Positions 28,805 to 37,396 of a stretch of 45,337 bases of DNA are shown in pieces. Both the position numbers and the translations under genes were made by a program. Numbering within the stretch: the first letter of the stretch is position 1; every line of letters begins with the position of its first letter. The stretch comes from Gemmatimonadota bacterium (GTDB lineage: Bacteria; Gemmatimonadota; Gemmatimonadetes; Longimicrobiales; RSA9). Location: assembly GCA_040905425.1 (NCBI GenBank), contig JBBDRO010000105.1, forward strand, positions 30,733 through 76,069. The letters are read 5' to 3'. The notes under the pieces were generated by a model. That model worked only from the letters and a program-made list of their open reading frames with translations, was not told the DNA's origin and searched no databases.

Positions 28805-29401
28805 ATGCGGTACTCGAAGGGAAGCCGGAACGCCGTCGCGGCGGGCATCGTGGTGATCGCCCTCTGCGCGCTCATGTATTCCGCGTGGCGGGTCGCGCCG
28901 GTGCAGGCTGGCGAGCCGTCGATCAGCCCGGACATCCAGACCGTCGTCACGTCGCTCGACGTGCTCCCGCGCCCGCTCCTGGCCGGGTGCTGCAAGTGCT
29001 TCCCCTCGAGCGGGCCCAAGCACTACTTCGGCGGTGGCCCCACGTACTGCGAGAATGGCTGCCCCCTCGAAACTGAGTTCCCTGATTACAACTGCTTCTC
29101 CTGTGAGGGCGGCGAGGATCCCCCGTGCCATGGCGAGACCTACGACGGAACCTGCGGCGACAAGCACGACAACTGCTATCTGCCCACCGAGGAGGAGGAA
29201 GTCGAGGAATTCCTGGCGTTGATTTCCGCAGCATCCGCACCGGAGTTCGACCGGCTCGTGTTGGCGGCCATTCCGCTTCAGAGTGTCAGGATCAACTGGG
29301 CCCGGAGCGCAGTGCAGGTAGATGGTTGCCCTGGGTCTGGTGTGGTTGCGCACTACCCGATCAGTGACGCATTGCTTGCGCAGGCGGCAGCTCTGGACTG
29401 A
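28805..29401 (+). CDS. Secreted Cys-rich hypothetical protein (198 aa)
   Basis: GGAGG RBS; signal peptide ending ...PVQA; 10 Cys in a 63-aa core (28988-29176); acidic linker; C-terminal RSAVQVDGC...VVAHYPI domain. Confidence 0.75.
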   Translation: MRYSKGSRNAVAAGIVVIALCALMYSAWRVAPVQAGEPSISPDIQTVVTSLDVLPRPLLAGCCKCFPSSGPKHYFGGGPTYCENGCPLETEFPDYNCFSCEGGEDPPCHGETYDGTCGDKHDNCYLPTEEEEVEEFLALISAASAPEFDRLVLAAIPLQSVRINWARSAVQVDGCPGSGVVAHYPISDALLAQAAALD

Positions 29402-29508
29402 TCGGTGATCGTCCCGGCCGGCCGCCATACAGGTCGAGGCACGTAGCGGACCGGGGTCAATCTGCGGCGCCAAGGCCTGCCATTTCGTGATGGGGCGGCG
29501 CTCCGATC

Positions 29509-29541
29509 GGCGGCGGCGGTGATCTTACGCCGCCGCCATTT
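29509..29541 (+). terminator. Candidate terminator of the islet transcript
   Basis: GGCGGCGGCG/CGCCGCCGCC 10-bp stem followed by ATTT. Confidence 0.5.
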
Positions 29542-29583
29542 GGGATGGCGTCCACGCCGTCATTCATGGCGCTGGTCCGCAGT

Positions 29584-29611
29584 GCGGAGCTGGCAGCGTA
29601 CTGAGGCGGTC
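29584..29611 (+). repeat. Right copy of the 28-bp direct repeat (att-like)
   Basis: GCGGAGCTGGCAGCGTACTGAGGCGGTC; still reads AELAAY*, with one synonymous difference. Confidence 0.9.
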
Positions 29612-29728
29612 GGCCTCGCTGTCGAGCCGTTTCATGTAAGCGACGTCCCCGCGCGGCTTCCACTCGCCAGGCAACCTGCGCCGCCACGTCGGTGTCCCAC
29701 GGGGTAAGCACCCTGAACCGAGGCTGCC

Positions 29729-30763
29729 ATGCCCGCCTTCCCGTTGCGGATCCGCTCCGTCCGTTCCCCGTTCCTGATGGTCGCATTCCTCCTGGCCTGT
29801 GCGGGGGAGGACGGTGCCGCCCCCGAACTGGTCTGGCCGGACTGGTCCGCACCCGCGACGGTGATCGGCGCGCTGGACACGCCCGCGGAGGAGGTGTTCG
29901 GCCGCATCGCGGACGTGGCCGTGGGCCCGGAGCAGAACATCCACGTGCTGGACGACCAGGCATCGGAGGTACGGGTGTTCACGCCCGGGGGGGCGCACGT
30001 GGCCAGCTTCGGCGGCCCCGGGGAGGGCCCGCGCGAACTGCAGCGCCCGGTGTCGCTCACGGTGGACGGCACGGGCCGCTCCCTGGTGGGGCTGGCGGAC
30101 CGGCGAGTCAAGGCGTTCTCCATCAGCGAACCCGACGCGCCGCCCGCCATGGTGGAGCTGAGTGTACTCGGCCGCACCCTGTGTGTGGTCGGAGAGCGGA
30201 TCGTGGCGCAGGGCTCCACGCCGGAGGATACGACCGTGGTCTGGGTCCACGACCTCCAGGGGAATCTGCAGGCGTCCTACGGCGCCGGTCCGCCGGCGCC
30301 GAACGCCATGATCGGCTACGCTATGCGGCAGGGACGGGCCGCCTGCGTACCGCCCGACCTGACGGTCTACAAAGTCGGCAACGACTCCACGCTCACGGCG
30401 TACACGCTGGACGGCCAGCGCCTGTGGTCGGCGGTGATCCCCGCATGGCTAGGCACCATCGTCGAGGCCACGGAGAACGGCTACAGCGTACGCGCGCCGG
30501 AGGATGGATTCACCGTCCTGGAGTCTCTGGTGCCGCTCTCGGCCAGGGCGCTCCTGGCCCAGGTCTCCTTTCGTACTACCGCCTCCCGGGAGGCGGGCGA
30601 ACGCTGGGAGGAGCTCAGGAGCTATCTCATCGATCCGCGGGACGGCAGCGTGCAGCCGCTGGCGGAGGCGCTCCCCCATCTGGTGGGTGCGTCACTGGAC
30701 TGGCTCATCGGCCTGGAGGTGGATCCCTTCCCCCGACTGCTCGTGTGGGAGCGGCCGCGCTAG
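29729..30763 (+). CDS. 6-bladed beta-propeller lipoprotein
   Basis: Lipobox LLAC; FGRIADVAV...IHVLD...VRVF...FGGPGEGPREL..P NHL-like motif. Confidence 0.8.
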   Translation: MPAFPLRIRSVRSPFLMVAFLLACAGEDGAAPELVWPDWSAPATVIGALDTPAEEVFGRIADVAVGPEQNIHVLDDQASEVRVFTPGGAHVASFGGPGEGPRELQRPVSLTVDGTGRSLVGLADRRVKAFSISEPDAPPAMVELSVLGRTLCVVGERIVAQGSTPEDTTVVWVHDLQGNLQASYGAGPPAPNAMIGYAMRQGRAACVPPDLTVYKVGNDSTLTAYTLDGQRLWSAVIPAWLGTIVEATENGYSVRAPEDGFTVLESLVPLSARALLAQVSFRTTASREAGERWEELRSYLIDPRDGSVQPLAEALPHLVGASLDWLIGLEVDPFPRLLVWERPR

Positions 30764-32121
30764 CGCCGTGCCGCCTCGCCGACCAGCGCCAGCACCCGGT
30801 CCAGTTCCGCCTCCAGCACCCACACGTGCGGTGAGAGGCGCATCCAGCCACGCTCACCCTCGGAGATGACCCGCGTGCGGACGTTGGCCGTGCCGAGCGT
30901 CCGCTGCAACTCCAGGCCCTCCAGGCCGTCCACGGTGAAGGAGACCATGCCCGCGCCGAGTTCATCGTCGAGCGGCGAGACGATGCGCACGCCGGGAAGT
31001 TCGGCCAGCCCCTCCAACAGGCGGCGCCGCAGCTCGCGGATGCGGGCATGCACGCGCTCGAAACCGATGGTTTCCAGAAAGCTGAGCGCCGCCACGAGTC
31101 CCGCCATGCGGGATTCGTCGAAGGTGCCCAGGTGGTTGAAGCGGTGGGCGCCCAGAGAGAGATCGTCCCAGCCGCCGGAGGCCAGCGTGGGCCAGAGCTC
31201 CGTGCGCCAGCGCTCGGCCATCCACAGGAAGCCGGTGCCCTGGGGCGCCAGCAGCCACTTGTGGGGCGAGGAGGCATAGAAGTCGGCGCCGGTGGCGCTG
31301 ATGTCCACGGGCATGAGCCCCGGGGGATGGGCGCCGTCCACCACGAAGATGATGCCCCGCTCCCGGCAGAGGCCGCCCAGTTCCCGGATCGGCAGCACAG
31401 CGCCGTTGGTGAAGGTCACGTGGGACACCGAGAGGACGCGCGTGGCCGGCGTAAGCGCTCCCCTGATGGCGTCCAGCAGTTGCCCAGTGTCCGTGGGCGG
31501 CACGGGCAGCGTGGCAAAGCGGAGCGTGGCGCCGTGGCGCGCCGCCACCAGCTCCCAGGGACAGCGCCCGCCGATGTGTTCGTGGTCCGTGGTGACGATC
31601 TCGTCGCCGGGGCCGAGCTCCAGCCCGTTGGCCACGAAGCTCATCCCCTCGGTGGTGTTCCTGGGGAAGACGAAGCCGGCAGGATCGGCGCCGAGCAGCG
31701 CGCCGAGCGGCGCCTTGAGGGCATCCCAATCCACGCCAGGCGGATGGGTCTCCGCTACGCGGCGGGTGTGCTCGAGGAGCGCGTCCACCACCACCCGTGG
31801 CTGTGCGCCGAGCGTGCCCACGTTCAGATAGATGCGGTCGGGCGCCAGGTGGAAAGCAGTGCGCACGGTCTCCCAGAGGCCCTCGCGTGCCCCGCCGTGC
31901 GCGCTGAGGCTGCTGGCCGCGCCATCGCTTCCGTGCGCGCCGTCGCTTCCGTGCGCGCCGAGGCTGGCGTTCGCGCCGTCGCTTCCAGCCGTAGTTTCCT
32001 TGCCGGAAGCGGTGCCGAGCGCCGTCCGGAGGGCGGTCAACTCCCGCGGCCAGGCCAGCCCGGTGGCCGCACCGGCGGCGAGCGTGGCCAGGAAGCCGCG
32101 GCGCGGTAGCGCGTTGCTCAT
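30760..32121 (-). CDS. Class-V PLP-dependent enzyme (isopenicillin-N epimerase/cysteine desulfurase-like) with a Tat signal
   Basis: PRRGFL twin-arginine; YLNVGTLG, RNTTEG, DHEH, DGAH and SPHKW (PLP Lys) motifs. Confidence 0.88.
   Translation of the reverse strand: MSNALPRRGFLATLAAGAATGLAWPRELTALRTALGTASGKETTAGSDGANASLGAHGSDGAHGSDGAASSLSAHGGAREGLWETVRTAFHLAPDRIYLNVGTLGAQPRVVVDALLEHTRRVAETHPPGVDWDALKAPLGALLGADPAGFVFPRNTTEGMSFVANGLELGPGDEIVTTDHEHIGGRCPWELVAARHGATLRFATLPVPPTDTGQLLDAIRGALTPATRVLSVSHVTFTNGAVLPIRELGGLCRERGIIFVVDGAHPPGLMPVDISATGADFYASSPHKWLLAPQGTGFLWMAERWRTELWPTLASGGWDDLSLGAHRFNHLGTFDESRMAGLVAALSFLETIGFERVHARIRELRRRLLEGLAELPGVRIVSPLDDELGAGMVSFTVDGLEGLELQRTLGTANVRTRVISEGERGWMRLSPHVWVLEAELDRVLALVGEAARR
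31919..31986. repeat. Imperfect 18-bp coding repeats (GAHGSD) in the post-signal linker
   Basis: GCGCCRTCGCTTCCGTGC x2 plus a partial third copy. Confidence 0.75.
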
Positions 32122-32205
32122 GGGCGGGCCGGCCGGGAGGGAAGCATGGACCGAACATGCCCGCCACCTCGCGCGCCGCGCAAGGCGCCACGTAGGTTGC
32201 CTGGC

Positions 32206-33300
32206 ATGCGCGCCGTCACCCGCTTCCTGCACGAATACGTGCGCCCCGACCCCGCCCGAGTGCGGCGTGTCGAGGTGACCTACACCCGAGGGCAGGAGCG
32301 CCTGCCGGCCACCATCTACGTGCCCGCGCGCCGGCCCAGGCCGCTGCCGGCGTTCGTGGTCCTGCACGGCCTCACCTGTACGGCACGCGAGCATCCGGGG
32401 CTGGTGCGCTTCGCGCGCGCGATGGCGGCCGGCGGCACGCTGGTCATGATCCCCGAGATCCCGGAGTGGCGGGACCTACGTGTGGCACCGGCCATCACCA
32501 TCCCCACCATCCGCGCCGCCGTGCACGCGCTGGCCGAGCGCACGGATGTGGCGCCGGGCGGCGTGGGCATCCTGGGCTTTTCCTTCGGCGCCACGCAGGC
32601 GCTGGTGGCCGCGGCGGGGAACGGGCTCAAGGGCGAGGTGCGCGGCATCGCCGCGTGGGGCGGCTACCGCGACGTGCGGCGCCTGTTCCGCTTCGGCATT
32701 ACCGGCGAGCACGAGTGGGAGGGCGTCGGCGAGCATATGGACCCCGACCCGTATGGCTGCTGGATCATGGTCGGCAACTACCTGACCGGTATCCCGGGGT
32801 ACGGCGACGCGCACGCCACGGCGGCGGCCGTCCACAGCCTGGCGGTGGAGGCGGGGCGGACCGGCACGCCTTCGTGGGAGCCCACCCTGGACCCCATGAA
32901 GGCACGCCTACGCGCCGGCCTCCCCGCCGCGGAGCGCCCGCTCTTCGATGTCGTGGCGCCGCCGGTCGGGGCCGCCGTAGACCGGGTGGAGGGCGCACGC
33001 ATGGCCGAGCTCCTGGCCACCGCCGCGCTGGCCGCCGATCCGCTGCTGGATCCCGGTCCGTATCTCCAGGAGCTGCGCACGCCCACGCTGCTCGCCCACG
33101 GCAGGGACGATCGCCTGATCCCCTACAGCGAGATGCTCCGCCTGGAGCGGGACCTGCCCGCCGCGGCCAATCGTGGCGGCACCGTGACGGGCCTCTTTGC
33201 CCATTCGGGCGGCACGCGCCGGGAGCTCGGGCGGGTGGGCACGGTGGTGGAGGGCGTGCGCTTCGTGCGCCTGCTCGGGCGCATTCTCGAACGGCTGTAG
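32206..33300 (+). CDS. Alpha/beta-hydrolase fold protein
   Basis: VVLHG, GFSFG nucleophile elbow, HGRDDRLIP, C-terminal His (FAHS). Confidence 0.8.
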   Translation: MRAVTRFLHEYVRPDPARVRRVEVTYTRGQERLPATIYVPARRPRPLPAFVVLHGLTCTAREHPGLVRFARAMAAGGTLVMIPEIPEWRDLRVAPAITIPTIRAAVHALAERTDVAPGGVGILGFSFGATQALVAAAGNGLKGEVRGIAAWGGYRDVRRLFRFGITGEHEWEGVGEHMDPDPYGCWIMVGNYLTGIPGYGDAHATAAAVHSLAVEAGRTGTPSWEPTLDPMKARLRAGLPAAERPLFDVVAPPVGAAVDRVEGARMAELLATAALAADPLLDPGPYLQELRTPTLLAHGRDDRLIPYSEMLRLERDLPAAANRGGTVTGLFAHSGGTRRELGRVGTVVEGVRFVRLLGRILERL

Positions 33301-33439
33301 CGGCCGCGCGCAGGAAGAGACTTGCGCACGGCCATCCCCGGACCCTTATTCGGAGGCACGGGTAAACCCCCTCGAACGCTGCCGCCGGTACGACCCGCGG
33401 CCCTCTCCCGACGTATTTCATGGAGCGCTGGAGCTGCTG

Positions 33440-33871
33440 ATGGACTCCTCGGCGATCCCGGTCTTCCTGGCCGGACCGTTCCCGGTACTGCACACGTGGC
33501 GCATCGACGACGTGGATGCCGAGGTGGAGCTGGACGTGGCCCTGCTCATCGCTGGGCTACCCAACCTGCTGGCATCCACGCAGTTTCCGCTCGACGAGAC
33601 CTGGAACCGCATCCGCGACGCGCTCGGCAGCGGCGACGCCCGGCTGGGCGTGGCGGGACTGCCTCATGAAGGCGAGTCCGTGACGGGCGCCCCGGAGATC
33701 TTCCCGTCGGCCTACATCGGACTCGAATGCGCCAACGGCGAGCGGCTCGTGCTGTCGCACATCCGTGGCATGGACTCCGGACAGCAGGCCGAGGCCTACG
33801 CCCGCGAAGTCATGGACGCGCTGTTGCAGGGGTTGTCACCGGAGGAGCTGGGCGTGGCCGTGGACGACTGA
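33440..33871 (+). CDS. Hypothetical acidic protein
   Basis: Protein-like composition from MDSSAIPVFLAGPFP; start uncertain. Confidence 0.65.
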   Translation: MDSSAIPVFLAGPFPVLHTWRIDDVDAEVELDVALLIAGLPNLLASTQFPLDETWNRIRDALGSGDARLGVAGLPHEGESVTGAPEIFPSAYIGLECANGERLVLSHIRGMDSGQQAEAYAREVMDALLQGLSPEELGVAVDD

Positions 33872-33889
33872 TCTAGTGCGCGGCGTTCT

Positions 33890-35338
33890 TCACGTGGAGC
33901 CGGCGCTTACCTGACTATTCTGTTCGCGGAGCGCCGCCAGTGCGCTACGAATGCGCTCCACGATCCACGCACCCATGGCTTCGGCGCCGGCATCCGAGCC
34001 GCGCGCCGCGGGCGGCGGGGGGAGCACGGCCCGCGCCATGGTGGCGTGTCCCCCGCCCCTCCCGGCACCGGCCACCAGCCGCTTCGCGACGGCGCCCGCG
34101 CCCGGGCCCGGGCCGAGGTGGCGAATGGCCAGCACCAGATCCTCCTCGATGAGCGCGCCGGCCACCCCCCACGACGCCCCCTCCACCCCCAAGCACAGGT
34201 CGGCCAGCTCGGAGAGCATGTGCGCGTCGTCGCCGTCCAGCGCGCCGCTCCACACCGCGGCCACGTCCTCGCCGACGACCACGCCCGCCACGGCGGCGCC
34301 GAACCGGCGCACCAGCGTGCGCGAATAGGCGGGCCGCTCGATGAGGCGGAGGAGCATGGGATCCACCCGCTCCTGGATCCACGCATACGCCGCCACGTCG
34401 GGTGGACCCACACCACGCGTGAGGGCGTCCGTGTCGGTGCGTATGCCGTAGAGGAGGGCGGTGGCCAGGGGCGCGCTCACCGTACGATCCGGCGCCGCGC
34501 GCAGATATTCGCTCAGGATCGTGGCGGTCGCGCCATAGTCGGGACGCACGTCCCTGAGCCCGATCGTCAGGCCGGACTCCAGGGGATGGTGATCCACGAC
34601 GGCCCAACCGGCGCCGCCCCGGGCCCCGGCGTTGTGGGGCTGCGTGTCCACCGCCACCACGCGATCGTAGCGATTCAGTTCGGCGGCGCTCACCTGCACC
34701 ACGTCCAGATTGAGCAGCTCGGCCATGCGGCAGTTCTCGGGGCGCGTCATGGTCCGCAGCGTCACGACCGGCGCGTCATGGGAGTCACGCCCGAGCAATA
34801 CGCGGATGGCCAGCGCGCTGGACAGGGCGTCGGGATCGGGGTCAGGGTGCAGGACGATGGGCAGCGTATCCACACCGCGGGCAAAGTCCCGCAGACACCA
34901 CACGCGGCGCTCGGCCTCCAGCCGCTCCAGTTCCTCCTCCACGTCCACCCGCAGGACGTCACGCAGGGCGCCGGAGCGAACCACGGTGCCATCGCCCGCC
35001 TTGTCCTCCTCCGTCCCGCGCAGCAGGAGCAGGGCGGCATCGGGACGGAGGGCGCGCAGCGTCCCGGCTACCCGGTGCCGGAGGTCGGCGTCGGCCAGAT
35101 CCAGGACGATCGACACGGCCTGCGCCTCGGTGATCCAGTTGTAGGTGTCCGCGGCCGCCGGATCGCCATGGAAGATCCGCTCACCCGCGTGGCGGGGCGC
35201 GCTTTCCAGCGGGTCGTGGCCTGCCCAGCGCAATACCTCGCGGGAGCGCGAGCGCACGGAGGCGGAGGCGTCCACCCGATCGCTGACGATGAGCAGCAGG
35301 CGGGTGTCCGGGCCGATCTCGACGGGGTCCGTTCTCAC
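33890..35338 (-). CDS. DHH-family phosphoesterase with an extra N-terminal, possibly degenerate TrkA-N/RCK-like domain
   Basis: HPDPDPDA, VDT, VDHH, YGATAT, GIRTDT and GGGHATMA motifs; N-terminal HGDPA..D. Confidence 0.8.
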   Translation of the reverse strand: MRTDPVEIGPDTRLLLIVSDRVDASASVRSRSREVLRWAGHDPLESAPRHAGERIFHGDPAAADTYNWITEAQAVSIVLDLADADLRHRVAGTLRALRPDAALLLLRGTEEDKAGDGTVVRSGALRDVLRVDVEEELERLEAERRVWCLRDFARGVDTLPIVLHPDPDPDALSSALAIRVLLGRDSHDAPVVTLRTMTRPENCRMAELLNLDVVQVSAAELNRYDRVVAVDTQPHNAGARGGAGWAVVDHHPLESGLTIGLRDVRPDYGATATILSEYLRAAPDRTVSAPLATALLYGIRTDTDALTRGVGPPDVAAYAWIQERVDPMLLRLIERPAYSRTLVRRFGAAVAGVVVGEDVAAVWSGALDGDDAHMLSELADLCLGVEGASWGVAGALIEEDLVLAIRHLGPGPGAGAVAKRLVAGAGRGGGHATMARAVLPPPPAARGSDAGAEAMGAWIVERIRSALAALREQNSQVSAGST

Positions 35339-35438
35339 GTGGGGGTAGCCTCATCCGGTGAATGGGCCGCGGGCACGCCGCGGGTGCGGCGCCCGCACGT
35401 GCAACCTCCGTACCCCCTGCGGCCTGCTGCCGTCCCGC

Positions 35439-36362
35439 TCAGCGGAAGCAGGAGCGGAAGGTGCCTTCCCCGCCGCCCACCACCCGGAAGCTGCGCCGCA
35501 CCAGCGCACCGAAGACGCCGGTGCCATCGCCGCTCACGCTGGCCACGCGGACGGTTCCGGAGGGATTGAACGTCCCACCCCGCACCCAGTTCACGTAGTT
35601 CGGCTCCGCGGCCGCCACCACCACCTCGGCGGCAGCCCCCCGCGGCAGCCCGCCCTGCAACGCGGCCAGCGTGGCGGCGGCGTCATCGTCGAAGCGGTCG
35701 AACACACCCAGTTCGGCGGGGAAGACGAGCGTGGTATCCGCCCCCCCGACGGACAGCCCCACGGTCCGGAAGGGGATCGGCGGGTTCAGGGCGGGCAGGG
35801 CCTGCGCCAGGGAAGCGCCGAAGTCGGCCTCCACCGCGTAGACCCACGCGCCGGGTGAACGCGTCCAGCGCAGTTCCATGAGCGTCTCCGGCGGGAGGGA
35901 GCAGGTGCGCGGCCCCGGGGTGGGGAGCAGCACGTCGAAGCTGCCGGGCACGAGCGTCGTGGCGTGCATGCGCCCGCCGTCCGCCAGCTCGATCTCCAGG
36001 CGGTAGCGCGCACCGGGCTCCACCGTGAAAGCGGTGCTGTCCACGCTCACGTAGCAGGTTCCCTCCCGGGGGCCGCCGGGTACGGTGCATACACCCGCCA
36101 TCGTGGTGGCCGCGAAGCGCATGATCCGTCCGTCCTCCGTATGCACCTCGACGCGGGCGCCCGGCACAGTCTGCCCGCGGGGACCGAAAGTGCGGTGGAG
36201 AAAAGCGCGCTGCACGGACTGATCGGCCAGGAGCACCACCTCGGCGATCACCATGTCGACTGGCGCGGCGGTGGTTACGTCCCGCAGCTCGCAGGCCGAG
36301 ATCATGCCCGTGAGCAGCGCCGCAGCGAGCAGCCGGCCAGGCACCCCGCCGCACGCGCGCAT
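35439..36362 (-). CDS. Lipoprotein, DUF4249-like TonB-receptor partner
   Basis: Lipobox ISAC; VEPGARYRLEI; C-terminal SVSGDGTGVFG; lies downstream of a TBDR. Confidence 0.7.
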   Translation of the reverse strand: MRACGGVPGRLLAAALLTGMISACELRDVTTAAPVDMVIAEVVLLADQSVQRAFLHRTFGPRGQTVPGARVEVHTEDGRIMRFAATTMAGVCTVPGGPREGTCYVSVDSTAFTVEPGARYRLEIELADGGRMHATTLVPGSFDVLLPTPGPRTCSLPPETLMELRWTRSPGAWVYAVEADFGASLAQALPALNPPIPFRTVGLSVGGADTTLVFPAELGVFDRFDDDAAATLAALQGGLPRGAAAEVVVAAAEPNYVNWVRGGTFNPSGTVRVASVSGDGTGVFGALVRRSFRVVGGGEGTFRSCFR

Positions 36363-37396
36363 CAGTCCGCCACCCCCGCGTCGTCCAGCGGCGGACCCCC
36401 GCGGCGCAGGCCCGCGCCGCCGGCCGGGCCCTCATCACCCCGGAAGAAGCGCTGGGTCGCGTAAGCCAGGGCCACGTCGTCCCGCCCGGCGAAGGCGCTC
36501 AGGATGTCCTCCCAGACATCCTGGGCCGTGCCGCGCCTGCGCCGCGCGTCGCACAGGTAGCGCACCGTCAGCACCACGCCGCTCCCGTCGGCGCTCGTAT
36601 AGACGGTGGGCGTCAGCGTGGAGTAGACGATCATGAACCTGTGGCTGGCCTGCAGCACGCGCTGACGCGCCTCCTCCTCCGACATGCCGGCGCGCCGGGT
36701 GGCGATCTCCAGGAGGATCTCCTTGGCAGCCCGCCAGTCACTCTCGAAGGTGATGCGGACGGGGATCTCGTTCCAGATATAGGGGAATCCACGGGTGTAG
36801 TTGGCCACGGGCTCGGTGAAGACCTTTCCGTTGGGTACATGCACCAGGCGACCCGTGCTCTGGTCGGCTTCGACCCAGTTGCCGATCTCGAGCAGCGTGA
36901 ACTGGAAGAGGCGCAGGTCCACCACATCGCCCGCATGCGTGCCGATCTGGATGCGGTCCCCCACCACGAACGGTCGACGCCAGAGGAGGAACACCCAGCC
37001 CGCCATGTTCACCACGGGGTCGCGGAGCGCCAGCACGATCCCGGCCCCCACCAGCCCGAGGACGGTGGCCAGCGTGGCAAAATTCCCCGACCACAGCGGC
37101 CCCACTAGGAAGATGCCCAGCACCACCGCCGCGTAGGCGGTGCCCTTGCGCCAGTTGTAGCGCATGCGGGCGTCCGGCACGCGGCGCCGCACCAGCGCCA
37201 GGATCAGCCAGCGCAGGACGGCCAGGACCACGATGACGCTCAGCGTCTCCAGCATCAGCCACTCCGTGGAGCCCAGGCTCTCCACCCGCTGCCAGGCGGC
37301 GGCTATCAGCCCGGCCGCGGAATCCGCGGCCGCAGCGCCCGGACTCTGCATCACCATGTCCCCCCCCGCCCACCATGAAGGCATGTGCTGTCCCAT
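36362..37396 (-). CDS. Small-conductance mechanosensitive channel (MscS family)
   Basis: LGLVGAGIVLALRD...N..G, RPFVVGDRIQI, GDVVD and VPN motifs. Start 37396 (TGATG coupling) or 37357. Confidence 0.9.
   Translation of the reverse strand: MGQHMPSWWAGGDMVMQSPGAAAADSAAGLIAAAWQRVESLGSTEWLMLETLSVIVVLAVLRWLILALVRRRVPDARMRYNWRKGTAYAAVVLGIFLVGPLWSGNFATLATVLGLVGAGIVLALRDPVVNMAGWVFLLWRRPFVVGDRIQIGTHAGDVVDLRLFQFTLLEIGNWVEADQSTGRLVHVPNGKVFTEPVANYTRGFPYIWNEIPVRITFESDWRAAKEILLEIATRRAGMSEEEARQRVLQASHRFMIVYSTLTPTVYTSADGSGVVLTVRYLCDARRRRGTAQDVWEDILSAFAGRDDVALAYATQRFFRGDEGPAGGAGLRRGGPPLDDAGVAD

Larger units (their letters stand above)
27402..29611. mobile_element. Putative ~2.2 kb genomic islet inserted at the 3' end of the E1 gene; no integrase
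   Basis: Bounded by the 28-bp direct repeat; interior visibly more AT-rich than the flanks; carries two accessory genes. Confidence 0.7.

Noticed and set aside
28988..29176. Cys-rich core as a c-type cytochrome or classical RiPP precursor
   Set aside because: There is no CxxCH motif and no radical SAM, LanM or peptidase-transporter gene nearby; the protein has a Sec-type signal.
28120..29473. Minus-strand ORFs of 299 and 235 aa inside the islet
   Set aside because: They are antisense to genes with a promoter, signal peptides and recognisable motifs.
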